Assembly: GCF_006345805.1 (NCBI RefSeq) | Contig: NC_043001.1 | Location: forward strand, 7,192,001 to 7,256,000 | Origin: Octopus sinensis | Taxonomy: Eukaryota | DNA length: 64,000 nt | Reading direction: 5' to 3' | Shown here: one piece after another, positions 37,652-49,614 of the stretch | Position numbering within the stretch: position 1 is the first letter of the stretch | How the letters are laid out: each line of letters starts with the position of its first letter | Translations under genes and position numbers: made by a program | Notes under the pieces: model-generated | What the model was told of the DNA's origin: nothing | Database searches by the model: none | The model's input: only the letters and a program-made list of their open reading frames with translations

Positions 37652-39349
37652 GATATTTAGTTATTTCAAATTTTGTTAGTTAATTCAATTTTTCGCAAAA
37701 TATTCTCTCTAACGTTCCATTAACATGCACATCACCATGATGGCGTGCAAAAGTATTGACCGCTATATATTCCTCTGATGGCCAAGCGGTATTCATATTC
37801 CGACCAGCGTCCTTGCGCCTGGTCACCGTTTCAGTAAAATTCTCCGTATTCATAATTATGTTATATAGGTGTTTGTCCTTGTATGATTTATTGTCTAGAG
37901 CCATTAATTGACTTAAATCATCACAGATTCTGTCGATACAATAATATAAATTCCATAATAGTTATCGATTTGTAGAAATGTTACAAAATGTATTATTATA
38001 AGGAAAACAATTGCATTTAAAATGCACTAATGATCTAAAGAAATGACCAAAGACGAGCATCGTGAAGCCAACATCATTCAGAAATTAATGTCATTGGAAT
38101 AATATTAATGGCCCATTTAGCATTTTTTGCGACTGCTTTCTGCAATACATTTAGATGCTATATCTGTTGATATTTGTTTAATGTTAAAATTCTTTTGAAG
38201 TGTAGCATTTGAAAGTTATAATAGATTTCTCGCTGTCTAGACATCCAGTTGGTAAACTTGTATAGATTCAACTATACAGAATATGTTAGAAGAATCAACT
38301 GTAATAAAAGTTGTCGGATTTTAGCCTACTTTCTAAGCTACTTCATCAGACCTACATCAGAAAACTATCCAGCAGTAACGAGCACATATTTGGAAACGCT
38401 CTATCTCCGATTTTATCGTCCGATACATAATTTATTTTGAAACGTGTTACAATATTATTTAAGATATGTTCCAAAAATACCCTTAAACTCGAATGAGCAT
38501 ATTAGATGCCAAATAATATATCTCTCGTTATTGTATAACAAGATTATGTATGAGCGAATTTTTCAGATACTTCAATGATAAGAAAAAGAGTTGCGAGTTT
38601 CAATAATTAACCACAGTATATACGTAGAGAGAATGTTCCGCTTTCACATGCTGTTTACTCTTTATCAGTTTGCGACAATAAGGGAAATTATGAATATGGG
38701 CAATTATATTGTCTTATTAAATTACGTTGATAGCATACTAAGAGACAAATCTATATCGAATATAACTGCAAACATATTGGATTACCTGAATATTACTATG
38801 TGGAAAATGCTTTATAATTTACTATTGAACCTTGGGAGGGGAATTATATGTTGATAATCCCTAATTACATCAGTTTAAACAGTTTCAATTAGGCTTCGCC
38901 TAAAAGTTATGATATTACTGATGAAAAAAAGATGATTTTAGGCACTTATCTTAAACAAATTGAGGGCAACTTTGTAATTAATTATCACACTTAAATGTTC
39001 GAATGTTCGGGAAAATACATCTTATTGTGTAACTGGGTAACATTCTATAAAAATACTCCGATATGCTTAATTACGAAATAGATATTTCTTTTTAGGACAA
39101 TGTCTACATTTGCAAATGACTCGGGAATGATTACCAATATTGTATAAATCCACATAAAAAAAAAATGTGAAAAGACCGTATGGCGTATTGGAACTTGTTA
39201 AATACTAATATCTATAAATTAGTTCAAACTGTAGCAAAATAAGACTTATGAGTCTAATGTTACAATCCGATAATTAAAGCGCTGACTCAGTAACTTTCAC
39301 TTCATGTTTAATTACCCAATTATCAAGATACCAACACTTACATCTTGTT

Positions 39350-39485
39350 TCCCAAATAAATGATTCCGGGTTGGTTCAGTCTTATCGCGTGACACGTTCT
39401 GCAAATGACTTCTTCTACAACCTCTGGTCAACCAAACCCTTGTGAGTGGATTCGGTAGACGGAAACTGAAATAAGTCCATCGCAT
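39350..39485 (+). mobile_element. Old SINE family A head fragment
   Basis: CCTTGTGAGTGGATTCGGTAGACGGAAACTGAAA. Confidence 0.65.
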
Positions 39486-40405
39486 ATGTAATTATATTAA
39501 TAATAACATTATAATAATAGGCCATACATAAAATTTATGAATATTTCATGCTATGCTACACGCGTATCCACTACTTCCGTGTTTCTTACGATCATAGCCT
39601 GTATTCCTGAGAGTATTACAGTAGAGTCTGTAGTATCCATGGCGATCGGGTGGGTCATAATTCATGCATTCACTTCTTCAGGCGGTTATATGGCACTAAA
39701 TTTGGAAGCAACGAATGTATAAACGATGGAAGTTTATCAATTTTCACCAATTAAAAGTTCGACTGAATTGTGTCGGCATTTCTGTGTGAATGTAGTAGGG
39801 AACAATAGAAGGTGATGGATAGAGAGAAAGGAATAATAATTCATTAAAGAGGTGGAGGAGTGTGTGGTTATGTTAGACTCTTTTGATATGTGTGTATGCA
39901 GATGTAGGGATGGAGAGTACAGTTCATTAGCTTGACCTTAGTCACATCATCCGTTTCCTCAATGAATTCAGACGTTGCAGGGTCAGGAAGTAAAACTATT
40001 CCGTTGTGGAGGTGCATTGCCTGAGTTGTTAAATGGCGTTCTCTTAAAGGGTCCTTTTTATTTATTCTGGTGTTACCAGGATATTGCATACAGCAGGAAT
40101 TTTTTTCTTTTCGTTTAGTTGGTTTATAAATCCTTCCATTGTTCCATTATATGCGAATGAAGATTTGTATTTTTTGTGTTTCAAAAATTATTTTTCCATT
40201 CTAGGAAGGATATTACCATATCTCTTCTACACTATATCGGCTTAAAACTAATATTACAAATAGATATGCAGACGACATAATAAAATGAGCTTTATTAATC
40301 TGAGCTACACAGAGACTTTCCGTAAATGAACTTAAAGGACATATGTGTTTGTCTATGCATGTATGTATGTTTGTCTGTGTGTATGTATGTATGTATGTAT
40401 ATATG

Positions 40406-40790
40406 TAACTTAGAATAACTTAGAAAGGTTTTGGCCAGTATTGGCCCAGCCATGTCTGACTTAACAGCACCACCTGGCGAAGTCTTTCAATTCAGGATTT
40501 GGGCACCAAAGACCATTCGAACAGAGAGTTATTGTTTGCGGTGACATATCCGGGTGTGGGTGGTTTGTCCGGGACTGTTTGAAGGAATTTGTCCAAAGAC
40601 TTCTTGAATTTTGTGTGGGCAGTTTCTGTTTTGACGTGTCCTGGTGTAATGTTGAAGAGAGCGGGTCCAATGGAGGTGAAATAATTGTGCCGTATTGTCG
40701 TTATGTATGTATGTATAGTCATATCAATTAAAATATTCCTTCTATATTTTTTGTTCGGAGAGATTTTGAAACGAAGAACTAAAAGTGATT
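40406..40790 (-). mobile_element. CR1-like LINE 3' end with a 10-bp tandem tail
   Basis: TIRHNYFTSIGPALFNITP..KFKKSLDKFLQTVPDKPPTPGY; tail (TTCTAAGTTA)x2. Confidence 0.8.
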
Positions 40791-41463
40791 CATATTCCTG
40801 GGTCAAAAGAGGAATATATCGACCATTTTAGAAAGGCAAACGGACGATTGCTTCTTCATGAAAGAAAAATTGGTTATTCGCATTTTGCCAACGTCTCCAA
40901 AGATGTGATTCAACTCGCAAATACCAGTCAGGATTTATTTGGAAAGTATCATAGCCTGGGCACCTTCCGTTCTCCACTGAAAAAGAATTACAATTGCAGA
41001 AATAAATAAGTAAATAATAGGATAATTAAATACATGTAGAACACTTATTATCTGTTTGCTTAAAAAGCAAAATATTTTCACATATGATGCGTTCAAAATA
41101 TATGCTTCAGCGTCCTATTATACAATATAACAAAATATATCTGCGTAAAGAACGTTTTTAAATTACCAGTAAATATACATAAAATTGCTGACAGATTGTA
41201 TGAAATCAGAAAATCTGCAATAAAATAATATAGTCAACATAAGTAGCGCAATAAAATCAATAAAGCAAAACTGATAGATATATATTTTTAATGGAACATA
41301 TCACGTGTAAAGCGAATATTTATATCAATAAAATTTGTTACAACTTTGTCTCGGAGAAATGATGAAATTTATATCTATCTATCTATATAATATCCATTTA
41401 CACACAGACACACACGCACACACATATATACATATACGAATATATATATATATATTATATATA

Positions 41464-41938
<475 letters not shown>

Positions 41939-41980
41939 CATATATATATATATATATTATATATATATATAATATATATA

Positions 41981-42058
41981 CTTTGATACTTTGATACTTT
42001 GATAGGTTTCGGCCATTATTGGCCCAGGCCATGTCTAACTTAATAGCACCACCTGGTA
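41981..42058 (-). mobile_element. 3' tip of a CR1-like element with a (TATCAAAG)n tail
   Basis: GGTTTCGGCC..TTGGCCCAG..GCCATGTCT..AGCACCACCTGG is shared with 40427-40477. Confidence 0.7.
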
Positions 42059-42065
42059 AATATAT

Positions 42066-43080
42066 ATTTCCTTTGCCCCCTTCGCCGTCCACAGAAATAG
42101 CGTTCGTAATCCTTTTTTTCGTTCGGCTTAACAGCCCTTCTTGTCTTGTTATTTTCCTTCTCCAAATAAATAAATATATATATGTAATAAATAAAATATA
42201 TGCATATATATATACATATATGTACGTACCTACCTCTACATGTATATATAGACGCATATATGAGTACAGGACACCAAAAAAACATCGAACACAATGAGAA
42301 ACGAAAACATAGACACAAACCCAAGGAACTGGACATTTTTCTTAAACAACAACAAAAAAATAGAGTACAGGACAAATAACACAAGGAAAAAACCCCTTCT
42401 TCAGTCGCCATTGTTTCATCTACTCTACATTTCGAATGTGATGGCGAGAGGTATCTTCGATAGAAACTTTCCTTCCTGCGAAAAGCAAATCAAATAAAAA
42501 TTTGAGATCTTTTTGCAGAGGGATAAAAATGGTAGCAAAACCAGGACAGTAACGACAGTACAAAATATTAACAGTAAAAAACAGGAGAAGGGAAATAACA
42601 AGACAAGAAGGGCTGTTAAGCCGAACGAAAAAAAGGATTACGAACGCTATTTCTGTGGACGGCGAAGGGGGCAAAGGAAATTGCCGTCCACACCTCAAAA
42701 AGGTCAGGCGAGAAAGAAGGTGGCAAGGGTCTCGTCGCGGGTTAACGGCTGGAGGGAGAAGGAGGAGTAAGAGAAAGGGAGAGAAGAAAGGGAAATGGTT
42801 GTGAGGAAACCAGAAAGAATGAAGAATGAGAGAGAAGGAGATAGAGAGAGTGAAGAATGAGAGAGAGGGAGAGACAGTTAAGTAGAAGAAAAGGAAATCA
42901 AAGAATGAAGGCTGAGAAACGGAGGAGACAGAAAGGTTAAGATTGCGCATCAAAATTAATATCAAGAACAATCTTACTTAGAAAGGGATGGGTGCGTTCC
43001 TTCATATAATATATTAATAAATAAAACATATGCATATATATATATACATATATGTACGTACCTACCTCTACATGTATATA
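42066..43080 (-). mobile_element. Family G composite with terminal direct repeats and an inverted duplication
   Basis: Direct repeat ATATGCATAT..TGTACGTACCTACCTCTACATGTATATA at about 42198-42250 and 43028-43080; 42066-42163 is the reverse complement of about 42585-42682. Confidence 0.7.
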
Positions 43081-43120
43081 CACACACACACACACACACA
43101 CACATTATATATATATATAT

Positions 43121-43165
<45 letters not shown>

Positions 43166-43415
43166 CATAGATATACATATATATATCTTCGCTGCTAGTA
43201 AAACATGTTTTCTTTATTTACGATGTTGCATACTCAGCTATAGCGATTTCCTATAGCTGCTCATATTCCTTGCTATTGAAGGTACTTTCTGAAGTGAAAA
43301 CAGGTTGACACAGGCTCAACGGGAAGGTAAACTGCTCTAATGGTTAAGAGCTGTTTATATTGCTGCTTTTCTTGGCTATTCAACATAGAGTACTCATATA
43401 GTGCCAGGCACTTAA

Positions 43416-43636
43416 CCCTTTAGCATTTAAACTGGCCAAATCCGGCCAAAAGTATTCTGCCTGTTTTATGTTCAAACTGGCCAGATCATGTCTCTCACAC
43501 CAGCCCTACAATGTTATTTGAAAAAGGAACAGCTACCTCATCAAAATCTCATAGTTCCAAGATAATGCCTGATTAGTTCAAGGCAATGAGGATGAAAAAG
43601 CATTCATTTTGGTAGAATAATGCGAACACTAAAGGG
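43416..43636. mobile_element. piggyBac-type MITE
   Basis: TTAA|CCCTTTAGCATT ... AACACTAAAGGG|TTAA: TTAA target duplication and CCC/GGG termini. Confidence 0.8.
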
Positions 43637-43731
43637 TTAAATATGCCGGATGCGTCATTTCCACAGAATAATTTACCCAATTCCAGACATTAACTTAGAC
43701 ATTCTTTCGCAAATATAGTATAAAGCTTACT

Positions 43732-44140
43732 AACTCTTTACTCTCTTTTACTCTTTTACTTGTTTCAGTCATTTGACTGCGGTGTTGCTGGAGCACCGCC
43801 TTTAGTCGAGCAAATCGACCCTGGGACTTATTCTTTGTAAGCCCAGTACTTATTCTATCGGTCCCTTTTGACGAACCGCTAAGTGACGGGGACGTAAATA
43901 CACACAAACACACATACATATGTAATATATATATATATATTATATATATTATATATATATATAATAATACTATATACGACGGCTTCTTTCAGTTTCCGTC
44001 TACCAAATCCACTCACAAGGCATTGGTCGGTCCGGAGCTATAGCAGAAGACGCTTGCCCAAGATGCCACGCAGTGGGACTGAACCCGGAACCATGTGGTT
44101 GGTTAGCAAGCTGCTTACCACACAGCCACTCCTGCGCCTA
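43732..44140 (-). mobile_element. SINE family A (internal deletion next to the central microsatellite)
   Basis: Head ends at 44140; lacks the CCAGCATCGGTTGTCAAGCAATGCT segment. Confidence 0.95.
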
Positions 44141-44677
44141 CCGTAACGTTTACTTTTTTTATTGTTTAACAACACTTGTCAACTTTTACCGTAAATATGG
44201 AGGCTCATAGAAAAAGGGATCAAATGTAGGAACGAAAATGTATAAATAAATAATTTCTGAAGTGATAAACCAGTTGATAAAAGTTTAAGCTATATGGAGA
44301 AAGCAAGGGATAGCCATTTTTAATTGTAAATGTATGTATGTAAAGTATTGTCAATCTACTTAATAATCAACTTGTAAATTTTCATCGACTAAATTCTAAT
44401 ATTTTATTTTATGAATAAGGGTTAAATATGTAAGTCACGAGCGGTTCCCATATATCTTTACATACGTGTCAGTCAATGAAATTTAATAAATTCTGAGATC
44501 GCTTCTGTGCCCCTTCAAATATGAATATTAACAAAGCGTATTCGTGGACAGTCTAAATTTACAACGTTTCTATTGAATCTAAACTTAGGATACACAGAAA
44601 GTACGGTTTGAATTGTGTGAATAACTTAAATGACTAAATCGCTAGAGTAGATATGAAGTTTATTTGATTATGCGTAT

Positions 44678-45108
44678 TAGGCGCAGGAGTGGCTGTGTGG
44701 TAAGTAGCTTGCTAACCAACCACATGGTTCCGAGTTCTGTTCCACTGCGTGGCATCTTGGGCAATTGTCTCCTGCTATAGCCCCGGGCCGACCAATGCCT
44801 TGTGAGTGGATTTGGTAGACGGAAACTGAAAGAAGCCCGTCGTATATATGTATATATATGTATATGCATGTGTCTGTGTTTGTGTGTCTGTGTTTGTCCA
44901 CCTAGCATTGCTTGACAACCGATGCTGGTGTCTTTACGTCCCCGTTACGTAGCGGTTCGGCAAAGAGACGGATAGAATAAGTACTGGGCTTACAAAAGAA
45001 TAAGTCCCGGGGTCGAGTTGCTCGACTAAAGGCGGTGCTCCAGCATGGCCGCAGTCAAATGATTGAAACAAGTAAAAGAGAAAGAGAGAGTAAAAGAGTA
45101 AAAGAGTA
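44678..45108 (+). mobile_element. Full-length SINE family A
   Basis: TAGGCGCAGGAGTGGC head to the (AAAAGAGT)n tail. Confidence 0.95.
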
Positions 45109-45327
45109 TATATAATTGCTATGAAATTTCGAAATTACGACGTTTACGTAAAAATAAACAAATAGAGGAATAAATTTGAACGGTCTGAATCATGAATGTT
45201 ATTCATCATTCAAACGACAGATTCCCCAAATGATACTCGGAAGGGATGTGAGAGGAGGAGCATCTGCCTTGAGCATTTATCTGAAGACATTTTGGGAACA
45301 CATTATCATGGCCCAAATTAAAACATA

Positions 45328-45535
45328 TACTCTCTCTTTCTCTTTTACTTGTTTCAGTCAGTTGACTGCGGCCATGCTGGAGCACCGCCTTTAGTCGAGC
45401 AAATCGATCCCGGGACTTATTCTATCGGACTCATTTTGCCGAACCGCTATTGGACGGGGACGTAAACACACCAGCATCGGTTGTCAAGCAATGCTAGGAG
45501 GACAAATACTGACACACAACACACATACATACATA
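45328..45535 (-). mobile_element. SINE family A, 3' half only
   Basis: Tail and body present; ends in a (TA)n expansion with no head beyond it. Confidence 0.9.
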
Positions 45536-45570
45536 CATATATATATACTATATTATATATATATATATAG

Positions 45571-45609
<39 letters not shown>

Positions 45610-46075
45610 ATATATATGTATGTAATTTATATATGCATAATATATGTTCAACTTTGCCAGCCACAACGTAGGAATTTCGTTCTGATTTTGGATGCATTGT
45701 TTTCACTGCAAATGACAATACGAATCTGTATTACCTGATCTACTACCGCAAGAGAAATGGTAAAACATGAATATTTATTTTAGACACGCCTGTGATATGT
45801 GTATGGAGATAAAAAAATAAGTATATATTATCTTAAATATTGTATTTTCTCGTACAAAGATCGTACCCTTAAGACTTATAATCTTTCATTCTCATTCTTA
45901 TTTAAATGTGCTATCAGTAAAATTCTCATAACTGCTTTTCAGATAAAATGAATTATTAAATAGTAGGATTTGTACACAAATAAACATAGTATACCTTTAA
46001 AAAATGTTTCCTTCTCTAACCATGCTAGCCTCATGAGGGCCTGTTTTCCAGTTTCAATGGTGTATATATTTCCTA

Positions 46076-46253
46076 CCCGGACAGGACACAGGTTTATCAC
46101 AGGGTTACTCAATCCTGCCAGCTTACTGGAGTGGAACAACGTGAAATGAAGTGGTTTGCGCAAGAACACAAGGCGTTGTTTGGTCCAGGAATCGAAATCA
46201 CAATCTTACGATCATGAGTCTGACATCCTAACTACTGAGCCACGCGCCTTCAC
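46076..46253 (-). mobile_element. Older SINE family E fragment
   Basis: CTTACGATCATGAGTC..CTAACTACTGAGCCACGCGCCTTCAC matches 32190-32235. Confidence 0.75.
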
Positions 46254-47137
46254 TGGAATATCATAATTGATTGATCTTAATTTGGATCACGCTTAACGAA
46301 AATCTCAGTTATGTGCTAAATATTTACAGGTGCGCATTTAGTACATATATTAATATCAGCTGTTTGTATCTAATTCTTCGTTATAGGGGACGACATTACT
46401 TACCCTCGTATTTACTAGAACTTGTAAACGACATATTAAATAGAAATTTAGTGATACATCGCAAGATTGAAATCATGTCCCCTAAATATAGTGATTGACG
46501 TGAGCATAAATTCGCCCATATCTTATCCGTTCATATTGTGACACACCCCGATCAGCAATTGAACTGAAATCCGTGGCACAGTCTCGCATAAAATGGAATC
46601 TAAATTGTAAGCATGTGTCCTTGAACCAAACCTCTTAACCAAATATATCACGTTTTGATTTCATCAATGCGGTTCGCTATTTTTCTTCACAATTTGACCA
46701 CGAAGCAGATATTTCCATTTTCATCCGATTAGTTCAGTGAAAATTCAATCAGTTACATAGAAAATTATGTGTTGAACATAATTGCATCACCTTAGTACAT
46801 CGGTTCCTTCTACAATCATTTATTCTCAAAGAGACAATTAGCAAGATTTCTACATTTGCATTTGTGATAGGGCAATTGTACAGCAATTCATGCTGAAACC
46901 TGTGACCCAACGTTATCAAATCAGCTGTTGTTAACCTCATTATAATGACTATTAAAAATATTATTATAAATGCTAGAATACGGCATGGTTATATAAGTAA
47001 AGGTAATGAGATATGGGATGATACGAGTTGATATCCATACACAGAATGGCTTTATTCGATTTAAGCCGATTAACAAAGAAGAATTAGATGTGTGTGCGTG
47101 TGTATATGTATGCATATACAAATATATAAATACATCT

Positions 47138-47190
<53 letters not shown>

Positions 47191-47289
47191 AATATATATA
47201 CATAAATATATATATAGAGAGAGAGAGAGACAGAGAGAATCAGTGACATGAGAAAGAGAGAGAGAGGGGGGAGAGGGAGAGCGATAAGC

Positions 47290-47420
47290 TATCAGACGTG
47301 TTAACACGCCGGGCAGAATGGTTAGTGTGATTTCGTTTCGCTTTACGTTCTCACATTTAAATTCACTGATGTCAGCTTTGGCTTCCATTATTTCGGGGTC
47401 GATCAGATTAGAACCAGTAG
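47290..47420 (+). mobile_element. Old SINE family D fragment
   Basis: TTAACACGCCGGGCAGAATG..TTTACGTTCT..TTTCGGGGTCGAT. Confidence 0.55.
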
Positions 47421-47488
47421 CAATGTCATTGGCTTACACACACCGCTGGCATTGCTAACTTTCAGCCAAGATTTCAAAACTTTTTCTG

Positions 47489-47560
47489 AATAATAATAAT
47501 ATAATAATAATAATAATAATAATATAATAATAATATAATAATAATAATAATAATAATATA
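47489..47560. repeat. (AAT)n microsatellite
   Basis: Read directly from the sequence. Confidence 0.95.
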
Positions 47561-48158
47561 AAAAATTTGCAATGAAGGTGTTAACTTTTGGCTCGAGTCC
47601 AGTAAATTCGTTAGTTGGGCATTAGTCAATGACATCACGATCTTCCCTTTTTTATGTTGTATATATATTTATAGGACACAAATTAAAGAAATATATATAA
47701 AATTTAATTGGCAGTATTTGTACATGAAACCTACATGCGGGAATTTATACAACAATGAGCTTTCCAACGCACCAATTATTCTAGTTATACACAAATATAA
47801 TCACAAATATATACATACCCATATCGTTCGATGACACACGCACTAACATACAAATATACACACACATACATCCATACATATATACACCCATGCATATACA
47901 TATGTATTTATATATGTGCGTATGTATACATACATAATCACATGCATATATAAGATTAAATTTTGTTATAAGCTATGTTTTTTAGTATAATTCACGACAT
48001 ATATGCTGTATTAAGAAGTACTCATTGCAAGCTAAATCGAAGGATAAGGAAAATTGCAGAGGGAACACATCTAGGCAATCACTACAAATTCCAAAGCATG
48101 ATTTAAAACATACACACATATATGTGTATGTAGATTTGTGTATTTTGCTTTCTATATA

Positions 48159-48692
48159 CAGGGTGGACCAAAATTATCTGACACATTTGGAGGATTAATA
48201 AAAATACCAAATAAGAAATAATGAAAAGAAAAATTTCATTTTCAGAATGTATACATAATGCCATTTTATTTCATTAAGTTTCAAAACTTAAATCAGCAAA
48301 ATGCTTCCCATCATTGTCAACAATCTGTTGGAGGCGTTCCTGAAGGTTATCGATAACTCTATGGATCATTTCTTCTGGAATGGTGAAATGCGATTTCTTC
48401 TTGTGGGGATATTTAAAATCAAAAGTATTCAGTCATTGCCCTCGATCTATTGATGAATTAAAGCGTGCAATTTTTGTAGAAATAACAACCATTCCAGAAG
48501 AAACGACCCATAGTAATCGGAAACTTTCATGAACGTCTCCAACAGTGTGTTGACAATGATGGAAAGCATTTAGCTGATTTCATTTTTAAAATTTAAGGAA
48601 ATTCAGAAAATTAAAGTTTTCTTTTCATTATTTCTTATTTTATGCTTTTATTAAGCCTCCAAATGTGTGTCAGATCATTTTGGTCCACCCTG
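48159..48692. mobile_element. Non-autonomous Tc1/mariner-superfamily element with about 190-bp inverted arms
   Basis: TA|CAGGGTGGACCAAAA ... TTTTGGTCCACCCTG|TA; internal CDFFLWGYLKSKVF..ELKRAI..RLQQCVDNDGKH is a Tc1/mariner transposase C-terminus. Confidence 0.9.
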
Positions 48693-49024
48693 TATATTCT
48701 CATGCATAGAGTTGCTCATCTAGACATGCTCATATATATTCAAATGATAAACTACTGCAATGTTTTACAGATTCTTAAATTGAGGTGATGGATCTGTAAT
48801 CATGGAATTAGCTTTTTACTTTTCTGGTTTTAAGAAGACTAATTTCGCAATATTGGTATTTAGTCAAAGTTTCACATATTCCAGCACCCCAATAATTATA
48901 GGCATAAACCTGAACTTGTAATCAGGATACAGCATGTACAGATTTCTCAATAGTTTAGCGTAGGTATTGTCTATGTTACTGATCTTCAGCCTTATGCTAT
49001 CACACACAGGGCAGCTAAATTCCA

Positions 49025-49038
49025 CAACTCTATGTATG

Positions 49039-49072
<34 letters not shown>

Positions 49073-49124
49073 TGTATGTATGTATGTATGTATGTATGTA
49101 GTATGTATGTATGTATGTATGTAT
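49025..49124. repeat. (TATG)n array
   Basis: Read directly from the sequence. Confidence 0.95.
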
Positions 49125-49316
49125 AAGCGCATTGATAGGAATGGGTTCTCAGTCATTGTGTGCCGTAGATCGAAGAACTAAGTTTACAGACAAATTTTTT
49201 AATGCCGATCCTAAAGATGAAAGCTCGTTATAGTTAAATAAATTGCTAACACACACACTCACTCACTCACCCACACACACACTCACTCACTTACCCACAC
49301 ACACATACAAACGTAT

Positions 49317-49364
<48 letters not shown>

Positions 49365-49366
<2 letters not shown>

Positions 49367-49580
49367 AATCGCCATGTTGAATCGCTAGATTCTGCACGGG
49401 TTTTTTTTTTCTCTCCTTGTTTCTCTCCGTGTTTCTTTTCTGTGTATCTTTCCGTTGAAGAGCGTAGCTCGAAACGTAAAAGACTTGTTTTATTTATATT
49501 CCTGAGCGCCATACTAATACAATTGTTTGTTTGTACTCCACCTGCCTTCGTCTTTTGTTTATTTTCATAAAACTTCCCGT
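49365..49580 (+). mobile_element. Penelope-like terminal fragment, family b, between TA tracts
   Basis: Homologous to 36595-36825 and, in reverse, to 23290-23480. Confidence 0.75.
49447..49483 (+). ncRNA. Minimal hammerhead-like motif with the non-canonical core CCGUUGA
   Basis: UCUUU CCGUUGA A GAGC-gua-GCUC GAAA CG UA AAAGA; 5-bp stem I, 4-bp stem II, loopless palindromic stem III ACGU. Confidence 0.5.
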
Positions 49581-49583
49581 TAT

Positions 49584-49614
<31 letters not shown>

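Noticed and set aside
42420-42971. 183-aa hydrophobic ORF
   Set aside because: Derives from CT-rich low-complexity sequence within repeat family G; no recognisable domain
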